NCBI RefSeq assembly: GCF_009914755.1
Contig: NC_060935.1
Strand: one strand, 5' to 3'
DNA length: 64,000 bases
Origin: the human T2T-CHM13v2.0 reference genome, Homo sapiens
Below the pieces are notes generated by a model. The model saw only the letters and a list, made by a program, of their open reading frames with translations, searched no databases and was not told where the DNA came from. A program made the translations under genes and the position numbers. Position 1 is the first letter of the stretch. Every line of letters starts with the position of its first letter. Positions 10,941 to 24,423 of the stretch are shown piece after piece.

Positions 10941-13900
10941 GTGGCAGAGACAGAAAACAAAGGCAGCACCACAGCGACGAGGGCCTGAGAGGAAAGTGGA
11001 GCAGGAGCCTGCAGCATGCTGGGGCAGGGGTGTCTTTAGAAAGGGTACTGGGAGGGCCCTGGCAAGGGACTTAAGTAATTACTTAAAGGAGGGAAAGGGT
11101 GGCCTGGGGCTCACAGAGGAAAAGCCTTCCTCATGGAGGCGGCGGGGCAGCGGGCTCAGCCTGCAGTGTCCAGGAGCGACGGGAAGCCTCGTGGGGCTGT
11201 TGGGAGACAGCAAGACCTGGGTCAGCAGAGCACCGTGTGGGGTAAGCAGATGACAGGGCAGTGACAGGGTGATCGGGCCCGGTCAGTGGTCCCAGGGGTC
11301 GGGGACAGGTGGGAATCGAAGTCATAGGAGGCGGGGCAAAGGCCACGGGGAAAGGGACAGAGCTGCTCCCAAGGACGCACCACCATGGGGTGCCCCATGG
11401 CGTGGCGGGGGTGGGGGTCAGGACCTTTAGCAGAAGGTAAAGATGAGACCAAGAGGCAGATGGGTGGAAGAGTTGAAAGCAGCCAAGTGTCACCAAGGCA
11501 TTTCTGAGGGAGAGGGACACGACTAGTGGCTCAAATCTTTAGAAATGAGGGGATGGGTCTGGTAGAGCACCCCAGATTCAAGGCGGGTGGCTTGGGGAAA
11601 GCAGGGAGAAGGGTCTGGAAACTGCTGCTGAGCAGGAGCCCCCACACCCACAGAGCAGGTGCAGGGAGGCCCATCTGTCCATCCGTCTGTCTGTGGGGAG
11701 GCATGGTGACGTTTCAGCCCGGAGGTAGAAGTTTTCACCCAGGAGGTAGAGGGTGAGGCCGGACTGCACTCCAAGGGGAGGAGGTGGGAGAGCACAGCCT
11801 GGCTGCTGCCACCAAGCTCCCCAGAAGAGGGGACCCCTCCCCCCGAACACCAGCACATGTAGGCAGAAAGACTTGGCCTGTGGAGCCCTCAGCCTCCACG
11901 CCCACCAGCAGGGACTGGGTGGTGATGTCAGCAATCCCCACAGAAAGGAGGGCTGCACAGCCGTCCCAGGAGCCAGCACTGTCCCCGTGATTCTACGTGC
12001 AGCCTCCACAAGTGTGTCGCATGGAAACAAGCAGTGGAGAGCCACATGTGTGTCACATCACGCCTCGCCTCACTCGTGCTAAACCTCGCTGACCAGGCAG
12101 AACCAGGCACGAGCTGCGTATCAAAGTTGCTGGAAGGAGAAACATCAGATCCCTAAGCTGGTTACCTGGCAGGCAGGGGCCCTAGAGGGAAATGGGGCAG
12201 GTGAAATGGAGATGTGTCTTTGAAATGTCTTTATTTGGCGGGAGAACGTCTTCATAGGGTACTTATACCATGAAAAACCCTGTACACAGACTAATTTTGA
12301 AGCAAACATGTGAGGCGTTCACAGAAAGGGTTCAGGAAGACAAGCACCCCAGCCGCAGAGAGCCCGTGGGCTGGGGGCACGGGGCATGGCAGCCCTCTCC
12401 TGGGGATGGGCAGGATGGGGCACGTAGGGCGGAGGAAGAGGCTCACATGGTGTGCGTGTTTGGGAGCACCCTGGGCAGCCTCTCGAGTGTCCAGAGAGAG
12501 GACACCGTCTTGAGCCAGCAGGGACAGCCAAGAGCGCCCGGGGAGAGGCCTGGATGGAGACAGAACACAGCAGGCTGTGGGCGTGGCCAATGTTGAGGGA
12601 CGGAGGTGGCCAGAGGCCTCTCAGTGGTGCCCAGGGAGCTGGGGACGAGGGGCCTCATCCTTCCCCTGAGCCCCTCCCTTCAGGCCCAGGGAGTGGCCTG
12701 GGGCCCAGGAGAGCCCGCTCCGCGCTCACAGCCTCCGTTCCCAGACACGCCCGGGCCTGAGCCCCCAGGCTGCACTGTGCCACAGAACAGACTCCCCGGC
12801 CCCTCCCTGCTCGAGAGGTGACCAAGGCCCAGGGTCTCCCAGCGAGCAAGAGGCCATTGAACTGTTGTTGGCTGTGCAGTGCCCTGCCCTCGGGGAGGCG
12901 GCCTCTAAGAAGCACACACCACCAGCAGGAACCGGGCAGACAGAGGTGGGGGATGGAAAGCAGGGGAAGTGGCCACAGCCAAACCAGGAGGGGGAAGGGA
13001 GGGGGCCTCACCAAGGAGACCCTCACCTGGGGCCTGGAGAATGAGAAGGGTCTGGAGGCTAAGGAGAGGGGTGGATGCTCCAGGAGGCAGGGCCAGCCCA
13101 TGTGAGGGTCCTGAGGTAGGAACCAGAGGAAACCGGCTCTGGGGCGAGAAGGGCAGCGCCCAGGGGGCCACAGGGGCCGGCGGCGAGGGACCCTCAGCCG
13201 AGGCTGGTATCTCGAGAACAGCAGGGATGCCTCAAAGGTTCTCGCCCAGCAAGTGGACATTGTGGTGTGGGAGATCAGCAGGTGCCGGTGCTTTCTCTGT
13301 CTGCAGGAAGGAGAGGGGGTGATGGGCCCCAGAGGCCTCTGTCTTAGAGAAAAATGGTGGCAACGTGGGACAGACTGAGGAAGCCAGCCCAGAAACGTCC
13401 CGTCCCAAATTCAGGAATATTTAGGGTATACCTGCTGCACGCCAAGGGCAGTTTCAGGAAGGGGACCTACTTCTGAGAAGCAAACACCACCAGTAGGGAC
13501 CAGGCAGACAGAGGTGGGGATGGAAGGAAGCCAGACTGACCTCACGTGGCTCACAGCCACTGGCAGGGTCGGGGGACAGGTGCCAAACTATCCACATGCC
13601 CGTCAGGCACCTGGAGGAGTGTGAAACGGCATGCACAAAGAAGGAAGCAGGCTTGGGGCTGGGGGCCAGAGACCGGCGCGCTGGGAAGCAGGCTGCAGAG
13701 TGAGGCCAGGGATGGGGGCTGGGCCAGACCACAGGGTTGTGAGCGGACTCTGGCATTGATCCGGAGCCACTGAGGGTTAGAGCCTATGACAGGGGTCTGA
13801 CTTCCAGTGGTATGGGGCCACCCTGCTGGGCTGGGGAAGGGAGGCGAGAGGAAGTATCTAAGGTCTGCTTGTGGACTTCCGGGGACAGCGAGGGGTATTG

Positions 13901-15308
13901 CTGGGGTCCTAGGGGCTGGTGCACTCAGAGGTTCCAGATGGCCCAGCAAGTGGCTGAGGGCCCAGGGTAGGGGAGGATGTGGGGGCAGCAGGGCCGATGT
14001 GGGCAGACCTGGAGCAATGACACGAGAACGGCCAGGCAGCCCTGGCTTCCCCTGCCCACCTGCCCCCGTGGCCGGGCTGGGGTTTGGCTGAGGCAGCAGA
14101 GCGCTCGCTGGCTGCCCGAACAAAGTGTTCTGCCTGGTGTCCCCTGGCCTCCGGGCCTCTGCGGGCTCGCCAGAGGGGGCAGCTCAGGAGGCAGCGGCAG
14201 AGAATCAAATGCAGGTGGGGCCTGTGCCCACCGCCAGCACAAACACGGCTCCTGGGCCCCCAGCCTGCCCGACGTTCCTGCCCGCCTGGCCCCCAAACAG
14301 AGGCCGATGGGACGAGCCCTGCCCGGGGTTGCACTAGGTGGGCAGGTGGGCAGGTGGGCAGCTGCCTCGGGCTCTTGGACAGAGCCGCCCCTGCCTGGCG
14401 TCTGCCGGCAGGAAGCTCCTGAGGCCGGGCTAGGGATAGGCCAGCCCTTGGGGGAGGCTCGAGACCCCATCCCAGCCTGGGGCTTCCCCACCCCCTCCCA
14501 CCTGCCTGGCAGTGAGGCAGCTCCCTGGCCTCTGGGTGCACCTGGGCCTCCTGCCCAGGCCCCTTCCAAGGGAAGAGGGCAAAGGGGCTCCAGTGCCACC
14601 CAGGGAGTGTTGTGCCACGTGGGCCCCCCTGGCTCTGCCACTGACTCCCTCCATGACCTCTGTCCCCACCCTGAAGTTGACATGAATGTCCGCACGGAGC
14701 AGCCTCTGCAGGTCTGTGAGGCTGTGGATGTGACAGCTCTGGCTCTGGCACAAACGTCAGCCCCAACCCAGATGCAGGGAGGGAGGTGGCTGCGTGTCCA
14801 GGAGCACGGGGCCATGTGGCACCGGCTCATGTCAGCAGACACGGCACACATAGACCCCCTGGGGGCTATGACGAGGTGAGGGCTGAGCCGAGGGAGAATC
14901 CAGGAAGGCGTGCGGGCCGAGAGGAAGAGGAAGGGAGGCTCTGGTGGCTGGAGCCAGCTGGGGGAGGGAAGGCAGCAGGGGCTGGGATCCCTCAGCCCCC
15001 ACAGCCGTGGTGCGGACTTTGTTGTTTGCTCAGAGTACAAAGAAGAGGCCTTCTCCGGGTTCTTAGCAGACGAGCGCGACCTCTCCGACCAGGGAGACAG
15101 ACAAGAGGGGAGGTTATGAGGTCACCTGGGAGAGGTGTGGGTTCCAGCTCCCGTCGCCACTCCCCGACTGGATGCCAGAACGAGCCTGTCGTCTTTCACC
15201 TCCAGACAGCAGGGCCCTGGCTCCCAGTATCAAAGCATGTACAAGAGCGGTCTCTAGGGCAGTTCTGCGTAGACGCCAAAGTACAGGAAGACGTGCAGGA
15301 ACTTTGTG

Positions 15309-15680
15309 CCGTCGACCCTTGAACAATGCAGGGTTGGGGCACCGACCCCCGAACTGCCCAGTCAAAAACCCATGTATAACTTTTGACTCCCCAGAAACTT
15401 CACTAATAGCCTCCTGTTGACTGGAGGCCCTACCAATAACATAATCAATTAACACATTTTGTATGCTTCATGTATTACAATAAAGTAAAGTAAGGAAGAG
15501 AAAAGATATTCATTCAGCATAAGCAGATCATTGTAAAGGTCTTCATCCTCGTCATCTTCACGTTGAGTCAGCTGGGGAGGAGGAGGGGTGGCTCTTACTG
15601 TCTCGGGTGACAGAGGAGGAAGAAAATCCACGTAGAAGTGCACCCACACGGCTCAAACTTGTGTTGTTCAGGGTCGATGA
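15309..15680. mobile_element. Tigger2/MER28-type non-autonomous DNA transposon
   Basis: Terminal inverted repeats gtcgacccttgaacaa (15311-15326) and ttgttcagggtcga (15664-15677); internal sequence resembles Tigger2a. Confidence 0.8.
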
Positions 15681-15689
15681 TACACAAAA

Positions 15690-16090
15690 AGGACATTCTA
15701 ATCCAGTGGGGAAAAGGTCCATCATTCCATAAGTGGTGGGGTATCAGCAGGATAACCTGCAAAAGTAAGTCTGTAGGTCAGAAATCAATCCCAGGCGATT
15801 CAAAGATTTAGGGGGTAAAACACAAATCAAAAAAGTATTAGGAAAAAAGATTTTGGCGTTGGAATGGAGGAGGCCCTTCCAAGCACGCACAGGATGAGAA
15901 GGCATAAAGGAAAAGATGGATGGCTTTGACCACGTGAAAAAGTGAAAACATAAGTAAGACCTCTGTGTGGCAAAACAAAAAAATAATAAATGCCATAAAC
16001 CCATACACGAGACAAATAGCACACTAGGGAAAAACATGTGTGATGTGTACTTGACATCTTTCTTAACATAGAGTCCTTACAAATCAATGA
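15690..16090 (+). mobile_element. Ancient L1 ORF2 3' fragment
   Basis: cataaaggaaaagatggatggctttgaccacgtgaaaa resembles L1M ORF2; probably continues left of the Tigger insertion. Confidence 0.6.
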
Positions 16091-18099
16091 ACGTGAAAAG
16101 GCCCAGTCCCAGCCTCAGCTTCTCTGCTCAGCACCCACCCTGGGAGGGAGTGGGCTTGGGGGGCTTCTACCCCCTCACTCCAGCCTTGGGGCCCCGGGAA
16201 ATTGGCCGGGGCCTCACTTACTAATTCAACAAACATTTGTGCAGCGCCAACTCTACCCTCCATGTATTTACTGGGCACCTTCTAGGCTCCAGGCTCCAGG
16301 CTCTGGGAGACTGTCTAGGGTTAAGACGGTGACTGCCTGGCCTAGAGCTGGGCCTCCAGCTGGTGGCAAAACACCAAGCAAGGAGATCAATAAACCGGGA
16401 CATTTCAGGGAGTGGTGAAGGCTTACAGGAACATGGGGAGAGATGAGACGAGGAGGCCGCCCAGGATTTTGAGCTAAGGTTACAAAGCAGCAGAGGACAG
16501 CGGGTGCAAAGGCCCCAGGGCCCAACTGAGATGGGCGCTCAGATCAACACGGGCATGCTCAGTGCCGGAGAGGGGCCAGCGGAGCCTCTGGGGGCACTGC
16601 AAAAGGAGACTGGATTTTACTCCCAGTCCAGTGGGAATTCTGCAGAAGGATTTGGCCCAGGCTGGGAGGGAAGGCTCAGCCTGGCTGTTGCCTGGAACAA
16701 GCGGGGAACAGGTTGGGGGCATAGCCAGGCAGTGAGGTGGTTGTGACAGTCCAGGCAGAAGATGCTGCCAGCCTGGGCAAGGGGCATGGGGGGCAGGCTC
16801 AGAGCACATGCTCCAGACCAGAGAGCCACAGACACCAGGTGCACACCAGGGACCCTGGGTAGTTGGTCGTGCCCTGTGGATACAGGATTCGGGCCGGCTT
16901 GGGAGGAATCTGAGCTCCCGCTGGGACACGCTGAGCTGTGGGGCTGTTGGCCTGCAGGCCTTGGAGCCCCTGGAGAGAGCAAGTAGCTGACGGGGACATC
17001 CTAGCTAGCCGAGGTCCCAGGAAGGGAACGAGGGTCGTGTGGTGACGATCTTGAGATATTCCCCCACAGTCGTCAGCCAGGGACATGGCGCCCCTGAGGC
17101 CCTTGGGGGGCCAAGCATCCGTCAGTGGGCAGAGGCTGGCAAAAGTGGATGTCAGCAGCAGGGGGAAGGGTCTTTCTTTCACCATCTTGGGCCTCTCTCA
17201 GAGGGAGGCAACCCCGCTCCTGGGGGGTGGTCAGTGAGGGCCAGCCAGGCAGCGGCAGCCCCAGGAAGGGTGTTGGGGTGGAGCTGACCAGGCCTCTGCC
17301 GCATGGTTGCGCTGTGCCGAGGACCCGCTGAGGACATAACCGACCATGAGCGGTGTGGGTCCCCAGCCGCAGCAGAGCTTCCTCTGGCTGCTCGGCAGAC
17401 AACAGACACCAGGGACAGAGACAAGGTTGAGGATTTGGTCTGCAGCCTCTGAGCGGACACACTCACCCTCAGTGCCTGCCAATTCAGCCCCACCACAGGC
17501 GCCAGTCCCGAGCCTGAGCACAGGGGCTGCCACGACGCTCGACTCTCTGGGCCAAGACTCACACACAGCCTGGACACTGCCCGGGTGAAGGGCTCTGGGG
17601 GACAGGGGGAGCAGCTGGTATGTGTGTGACCATGGGTCCCAGACTCAGTGCCATCTGTCTCCCCATTAGGAGAGGACGCCTGGTACCTGCCCAAGCACCC
17701 AAGCCATGGGAGTTGCTGCTTGCTCTCCACGCAGCTTTGTCCCAGCAGCACCCCCAACTCCTGTGATGGGTTGCAGGGGGTGCTCACCTCTGTGGCACAC
17801 ACAAAGGCCCAGGGGCCTGGGGGTGCAGGCAGGTGCACTCCAACCCTTGGGCAGCCCAGAGAACAACCTAATGGAAAGTGAAGGGAATTGTACAAGTGTG
17901 TACAAGGGTGCAGGGTGGTTCCTGCCTTCTTGCACGCACAGTCTCCCACACTCATACAGCCACAGGTTCGTACGAGGTACACATATGTGGGCTCACCTAG
18001 CATGCCTCCCGTGTGCACAGCAGTGCTCCTTTGGCCTCAGGCCACAGGCATACATGTGCAACTGTACGTGCACTCTAGGAATCCCTAATGATCATGGCC

Positions 18100-18300
18100 A
18101 TCGGGTGGCTCGCAGTGCACTGAGCACCATGCTCTGTCCCTGGTGTCTTCATGCCTCAGTCCACTTGATCCCCTCAGCATCCTCCTGGGGAAGGTGCTAC
18201 AGCTGCCCTGTTTTATAGGCAGGGAAACTGAGGTTCAGAGAAGCAAAGTGACTTGCCCAAGGTCACCCGGCCAGGAAGCGGCAGAGGCAGGATCTGACCC
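18100..18300. mobile_element. MIR SINE
   Basis: Core ttttataggcagggaaactgaggttcagagaagcaaagtgacttgcccaaggtcac. Confidence 0.8.
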
Positions 18301-21300
18301 CAGACCCGCTGCGGCACACACACGCCTGCCTGCACGCTCCCGTGAGGAGGTGCTTTGTGCCCAAGGCCCTGCAGCAGTGTGGGGGGTTCTGAGGCCATCT
18401 CCCACTGGCCACAGCACAGCAAGCTCCAGCAGGGCAGCTGCCCCAAGGCCTGGCGGTAAAACCTCAGCAGCGAGAAACACGGTCGACTTTTGTCCAAGAA
18501 CTGAAGCACTAAAGCAAAGTCAAACACAATCGCTCCATGCCCTGCCACGAACCGCGACCTTACCACGTGCTGTGACCTATTGCCACTTGTGCCCAGCTCC
18601 ACACAGGAGCCGGGTCTGACATCCGATTGCTCAGAGCCTGGTATGAAACATTCTAGGTACCGCCCTGAGAGTGGCTTAGTAACTGCTGGTTCCTCAGGAC
18701 AGACAGGAGGAAGGCCAAGGTGACCTTTGCCCTGCGACCCTACAGAGGGCCCTGGGGAGGCCCTGCCTGGTCTTTAGACACTGCCCAACAAGGATGCTAG
18801 AAGGGGCAGTGAGTTTTCTGCCTCCTGGGGAACTGCAGCCCAGGCAGAGAACAGGACCCCCACCCTGGGAGCAGCGGGTGTGCCCGGCCTCTCCCGCCTG
18901 TCCCTGGCCAGTCTGCCATCCACGAGGCCAGGGCCTTTGGCGGTCCTAGGCGGGGATCAAGGCCGGGCAGGTTCTGCAAAAATTTCCCTTGAAAGACTCT
19001 TTTTCAAGATTTTCTTTTGAAAACAAATTCATAACCACATCAAACAGGAATCCCCGTTGCCTTGGGTTTGATCGCCGGCCGCCCGGGGCTCTCTAACTAG
19101 CTGTTATTCTAATTGCTTTTTTCTCTTCCGAGGGCTGCATAGGTCTCTTATGGTTATTAATTTGGTGAGTGCAGGCCGGGCACAAAGCAGCTTTTGTCTG
19201 CCTTGCCTTTTAATCACTATCAAATTGCAAATAATGGTGGAGGCTGAGATCCCCAAAATTGATCTGTCCCAGCAGTTCTTGGGGAACCGGCCCCAGTGCC
19301 TAGAGCATGCACTGCCTTCCCCCAGGGCGGCAGCTCCCCGATGGCACCTGCCCGGATGCACCTCCGCATGGGTGGGGTCTGGCCTCGGCCATGGGAGGTG
19401 CTTCTCAGGCTCCTCCATCGCCAAAAAAAACCAAACGTGCCAGCGAGATGAAGGCGCCCTGCCCGCAGAGTGGTGGGGTGGGACTCTTCAGGGACACGTG
19501 CTGTGACAAGTGCTTGAGTCAGAGCTAAGACTCTGGGGCTGCCGAGGAGCCACCTGTAGCCCAGGCCTGGGCCCTTCCCACAAGGGGGGCAGCAGCATGA
19601 TGCATCAGACTGTGGACCCGCCCTGGGCATCCAGCCCACATCCTGGCCCACCCCCGGGGCCTCTGTCACCAGCAGCTGGGATGATGAGAGCATGTCTCTG
19701 GGGCCAGAGACCCTAGCCAGTCCCTCAAAGCCCCAGTTGGCACAGGCAGCAGTTGAGGTGAGCCTGGGACCAGCCAGAGCCAGGCATGGGCTGACGCTGG
19801 CCCAGGCAGCTTCAGGGAGCCCTTCAGTGTCCGTCGGAGGCAAGCTCGGCCCTGTGGCTGCCTCCCGACCCCAAAGGTGGCTGAGTGCCTCTCTACACGG
19901 TGCCGGGACTCCCTGCCGGGAGGAGCTGTCACCAAAGTGGCTCAGGACTGAGCGCTGATTCCAGCCACACCCTCAGCCTGCACTGCCTGCCTGCGGCCCT
20001 GACACCCACTGTCTCTTTCTGTCCCAAGAATCCCCTGTGAAGGCCTCCACACCCATTAGCACATGTGGGACTTGGACAGATGTTCGAGTGCCATAATGTG
20101 AAAATTTATGAAACCACAAATGTTCATCTGTGATGTATTTGGTGCTTTAATTAATGCCAAACCAATTGATACCCAAGCTGGGGCCTGCACAGTTAGTGAC
20201 AGTAAGCCACGCGGGGCAAACCTCGTTCCACACTACCAGTATGCGGGGCCCAGGGAGCTGAGGTGAGCCCTAGGACACAAGCCCAGGCTTTGCCCTCAAA
20301 GACCCACGCTGGCTGCACCTTTGATCTGCTACGCTCTCGTAGGTCTCTGGGCCTCAGTTTCCTCATGTGCACCCTGAAGGCTGAGAGACCTCCCATGACC
20401 CCTACCAGGCATGAGCAGGTCGTGGGACTGAGAGGGCTGGTCCTGCCGGCAGCAGGAGCCACGGGGGTCAGGGTGTGGCTGAACAAGAACGAGACCTCAG
20501 GCCGGTCCCCCTCCCAGAGGCCCCGCCCCACCCTGCCCTCTGCTTTCGCCGGCTCCCTACCTGACACACTGTGTCCCCCCATATGGCAGCTCCGTGGTCT
20601 CGAGATGGAGCCTTGGGGTGGGAGCTGTGGGGACAGGATGGGAGACATGGCACTTTCAGCCAGTGACTCTGACCCTCTTTTCCTGGGCCTCAGTGTCTGC
20701 ATCTGTGGGATGGAGTGTGGGCCTCTGTGGCTCGTCCCCAAGTGGCTTTGCAGAGCACTGAAGTGCTGGCGGGTCCTTGGGTGTGAGAGACCCCGGTGGA
20801 TGGCCCTGGGCCCCTGCCCCTGCCAAACCACAGAAGTCCTGCACCCCTTTCCTCCATAGTCTGGGCCTCACATCAGGTTTATCTGGGAAAAATAAAACAT
20901 GGGGCTCCCTCTGGCCTGGACCGTCAGACCTCGGATGTACACCTGCCCTTGTGTTCAGGACAGTTGGGTCTCAGACTCACCCCATACCTGCAAGGCAGAA
21001 CCACAGGGGAGCCAGGGAGCCTCCACACTGCAGCCCCCACCACCCAGGGCTGGAAGTGGGTCCCCTGGGCTCCTGCTCTGGGCAGGGCACAGTCCCACCC
21101 TCCCAGGTGGAGGCTGCCCACCTAGCCCTCTAGACAGACGCTCGGCCCCACTCAGGCAGGCGCCCCCCTCTCATCTCAGCCTCTCACAGCACCCTGTTGG
21201 CCGCCTCTTCCTTAGCCTGCTCAGCCTCCGTGGTAGGTGCTGTGGGTGACGACCACAGCACCCAGCCTTTGAAGCTGGCCCGGGTCCACCCAGACCCTAG

Positions 21301-23053
21301 CAAACTGGTTGCTCCCTCTCTGGCCATCCCGGGGCTTGTGCCCACGTCACCCAGCAGCATCTTCCCTGGGGTTGTCTCACCCGCACAGAACCCAGCCCTG
21401 GCCCACACCTCACCCCAAGCCTATCCGGCTGGATCAGCAGTGGGGCCGGGCGCATGAGGGACCAGGCCCGCCCGGCGCAGCCTAGGGTGCAGACCCCTGG
21501 AGTGCACGGCCAGGTGGACCGGGCCAGCTCCCGCCTGCTGCCTGTGCTTAGGGCCAGTGGTTGACGTTGCTGTGGCTGAGTCATCTTCGTGCCTCTCTCT
21601 GGAGCCATACGTTTCCCTGAAGCAGCTCTGCTGTTCAGCCCTTATCGCGTGCTGATCTGTTTGCCCCTCCCCCACCACTTCTAGGTCTTTCCAGGCCTCC
21701 AGGTACCCACGGTGGGGGAGGGTCTACTTCATTCTCCACAGAGCACGCTGAGGGGCTCTCCTGCAAGAACACCGCAGGCTGAAGGACCAGCCCTGTCTCC
21801 TGTGGCCACCAACAGAGCTGTGCGCCCTCCCCGAACCCTCACTCATGCTAGGGCCCCCAGGTCCAACCTCCTAGGGAGAGGGGTCCCCAACCTGGACTCC
21901 CTCACCTGCCCTAGTCTGCCCCTGGGGTTGGCCCTGCTCCACCCAGCACCTGCTCTGAGGGTGCCAGGGTGCCGGCCTGCCGGCCAGGGCCTTCCAGTCT
22001 CCCCATCAAGGCTGGATGGCCACTTCCCACCCGGGGCGGGCTCCAGCCTCATTCCCCAGTGGTGCTGTCCTTCCAAGGAGCTCTCAGATCACCTGGCTGT
22101 CCACTCGTTTGGGGCTTCTCTGCTGCCTCCGCAGCACTGCGAGGCCTCTGATCACCTACTCTCTGTGCTGGGTGCATTTCGGGTTCTGTCCTGCCTTGAC
22201 CTCCCTGCCAGCTTTGCAGGGCAGCCACCCTGGCACATAGCTCACTGCAGAACCAGCCCCTGAGAAGGTGGAGGCCACATGGCTAGCCAGAGGGCACGCT
22301 CTAGGGCACTGCTCTGACCACAGAATGTGGGTGCAGATGGTGTCTGGGAAAATAGTGGTGTCCCCGCTAGGTTAAAGACATGGCATAATGGTTCCTGGGG
22401 GATGACAAAAAAACCCACCCCCACCCCCTTGCAGAAAGCATCACAGAGGCACAAGCCCTGTGCCCTGCAAGCCCCTCCTGGAAGTGGCCCAGCAGGGGCA
22501 TCCCCTGCACACCCAGGCAAAGCCCAAGCCCTCTGCCTCCTCAACCACCCCAGGCCCTGCCCATGAGCCAGCCTTGCTGAACTCTGCCCTCTGTCCAGTT
22601 CTCCTCCAGACACAGTAGACATAGCCCCCAGCCTTTCTTGACCCTTAACCCAAATGTCCCCAAGCCTGGCCTCAAGAAGCCAAAGGCTGCCGCAAACCCA
22701 AATATTTCAGGTCCGGGTCCCTGGTGCAGACCCTGCCATGCGGGGATGTGGCACAGAAGGCCGGCCAGCCTGGGGAGCAGAGAAGGAGGAGAGGAGAGCT
22801 CCTGGCCCTGAGCCTGAATGCCTGTGGACACATATAGGGACTCCCAGCACGCACGGGATGGACTCCAATCGGCACACATGCACATTCCTTGCACACACAC
22901 AGGCGCGACCGAGGGCCTTGCAGACATAGGGTGCACACGTGCGTGCCGCCTGCATACAGCATGCACTTGCAGAGACGGTTGGCACCTTCCCTTCTCTGGC
23001 CCCAAACCTGGGCCCTGAGGCTGTCTGCACACCTGGGTGCTTCCCACCACTGA

Positions 23054-23317
<264 letters not shown>

Positions 23318-24423
23318 GGAGGGGATGGGGCTGGGGGATGGGCCTGAGTGAGAGGGGAGGCCAAGAGTGGCCCCACCTGGCCCTCTCTGAAGGAGGCCAC
23401 CTCCTAAAAGGCCCAGAGAGAAGAGCCCCACTCTCAGAGGCCCCAATACCCCATGGACCATGCTGTCTGGCACAGCCTGCACTTGGGGGCTCAGCAAGGC
23501 CACCTCTTCCTGGCCGGTGTGGGGGCCCCGTCTCAGGTCTGAGTTGTTACCCCAAGCGCCCTGGCCCCCACATGGTGATGTTGACATCACTGGCATGGTG
23601 GTTGGGACCCAGTGGCAGGGCACAGGGCCTGGCCCATGTATGGCCAGGAAGTAGCACAGGCTGAGTGCAGGCCCACCCTGCTTGGCCCAGGGGGCTTCCT
23701 GAGGGGAGACAGAGCAACCCCTGGACCCCAGCCTCAAATCCAGGACCCTGCCAGGCACAGGCAGGGCAGGACCAGCCCACGCTGACTACAGGGCCGCCGG
23801 CAATAAAAGCCCAGGAGCCCATTTGGAGGGCCTGGGCCTGGCTCCCTCACTCTCAGGAAATGCTGACCCATGGGCAGGAGACTGTGGAGACTGCTCCTGA
23901 GCCCCCAGCTTCCAGCAGGAGGGACAGTCTCACCATTTCCCCAGGGCACGTGGTTGAGTGGGGGGAACGCCCACTTCCCTGGGTTAGACTGCCAGCTCTT
24001 CCTAGCTGGAGAGGAGCCCTGCCTCTCCGCCCCTGAGCCCACTGTGCGTGGGGCTCCCGCCTCCAACCCCTCGCCCAGTCCCAGCAGCCAGCCAAACACA
24101 CAGAAGGGGACTGCCACCTCCCCTTGCCAGCTGCTGAGCCGCAGAGAAGTGACGGTTCCTACACAGGACAGGGGTTCCTTCTGGGCATTACATCGCATAG
24201 AAATCAATAATTTGTGGTGATTTGGATCTGTGTTTTAATGAGTTTCACAGTGTGATTTTGATTATTAATTGTGCAAGCTTTTCCTAATAAACGTGGAGAA
24301 TCACAGGCTGGGCTGGGCACTGCTCTCACCTTGGTTCCTGGGGCATCCATGGGGTCTCTCACAGACAGGACCCCTGCAGTTCCCCTGGAAGCAGTGCCCA
24401 GGTGGCTGTGGAATAGGAACGCT
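23318..24423 (+). other. KCNQ1: KCNQ1 3' UTR
   Basis: Follows the stop; AATAAA at 23802-23807 and 24286-24291; exact end uncertain (~24310 or ~24420). Confidence 0.85.
24286..24291 (+). terminator. KCNQ1 polyadenylation signal
   Basis: AATAAA preceded by a U-rich upstream element. Confidence 0.85.

Noticed and set aside
13909-15040. Stack of 285-371-codon ORFs on both strands
   Set aside because: No recognisable protein or splice structure; stop-codon scarcity reflects GC content.
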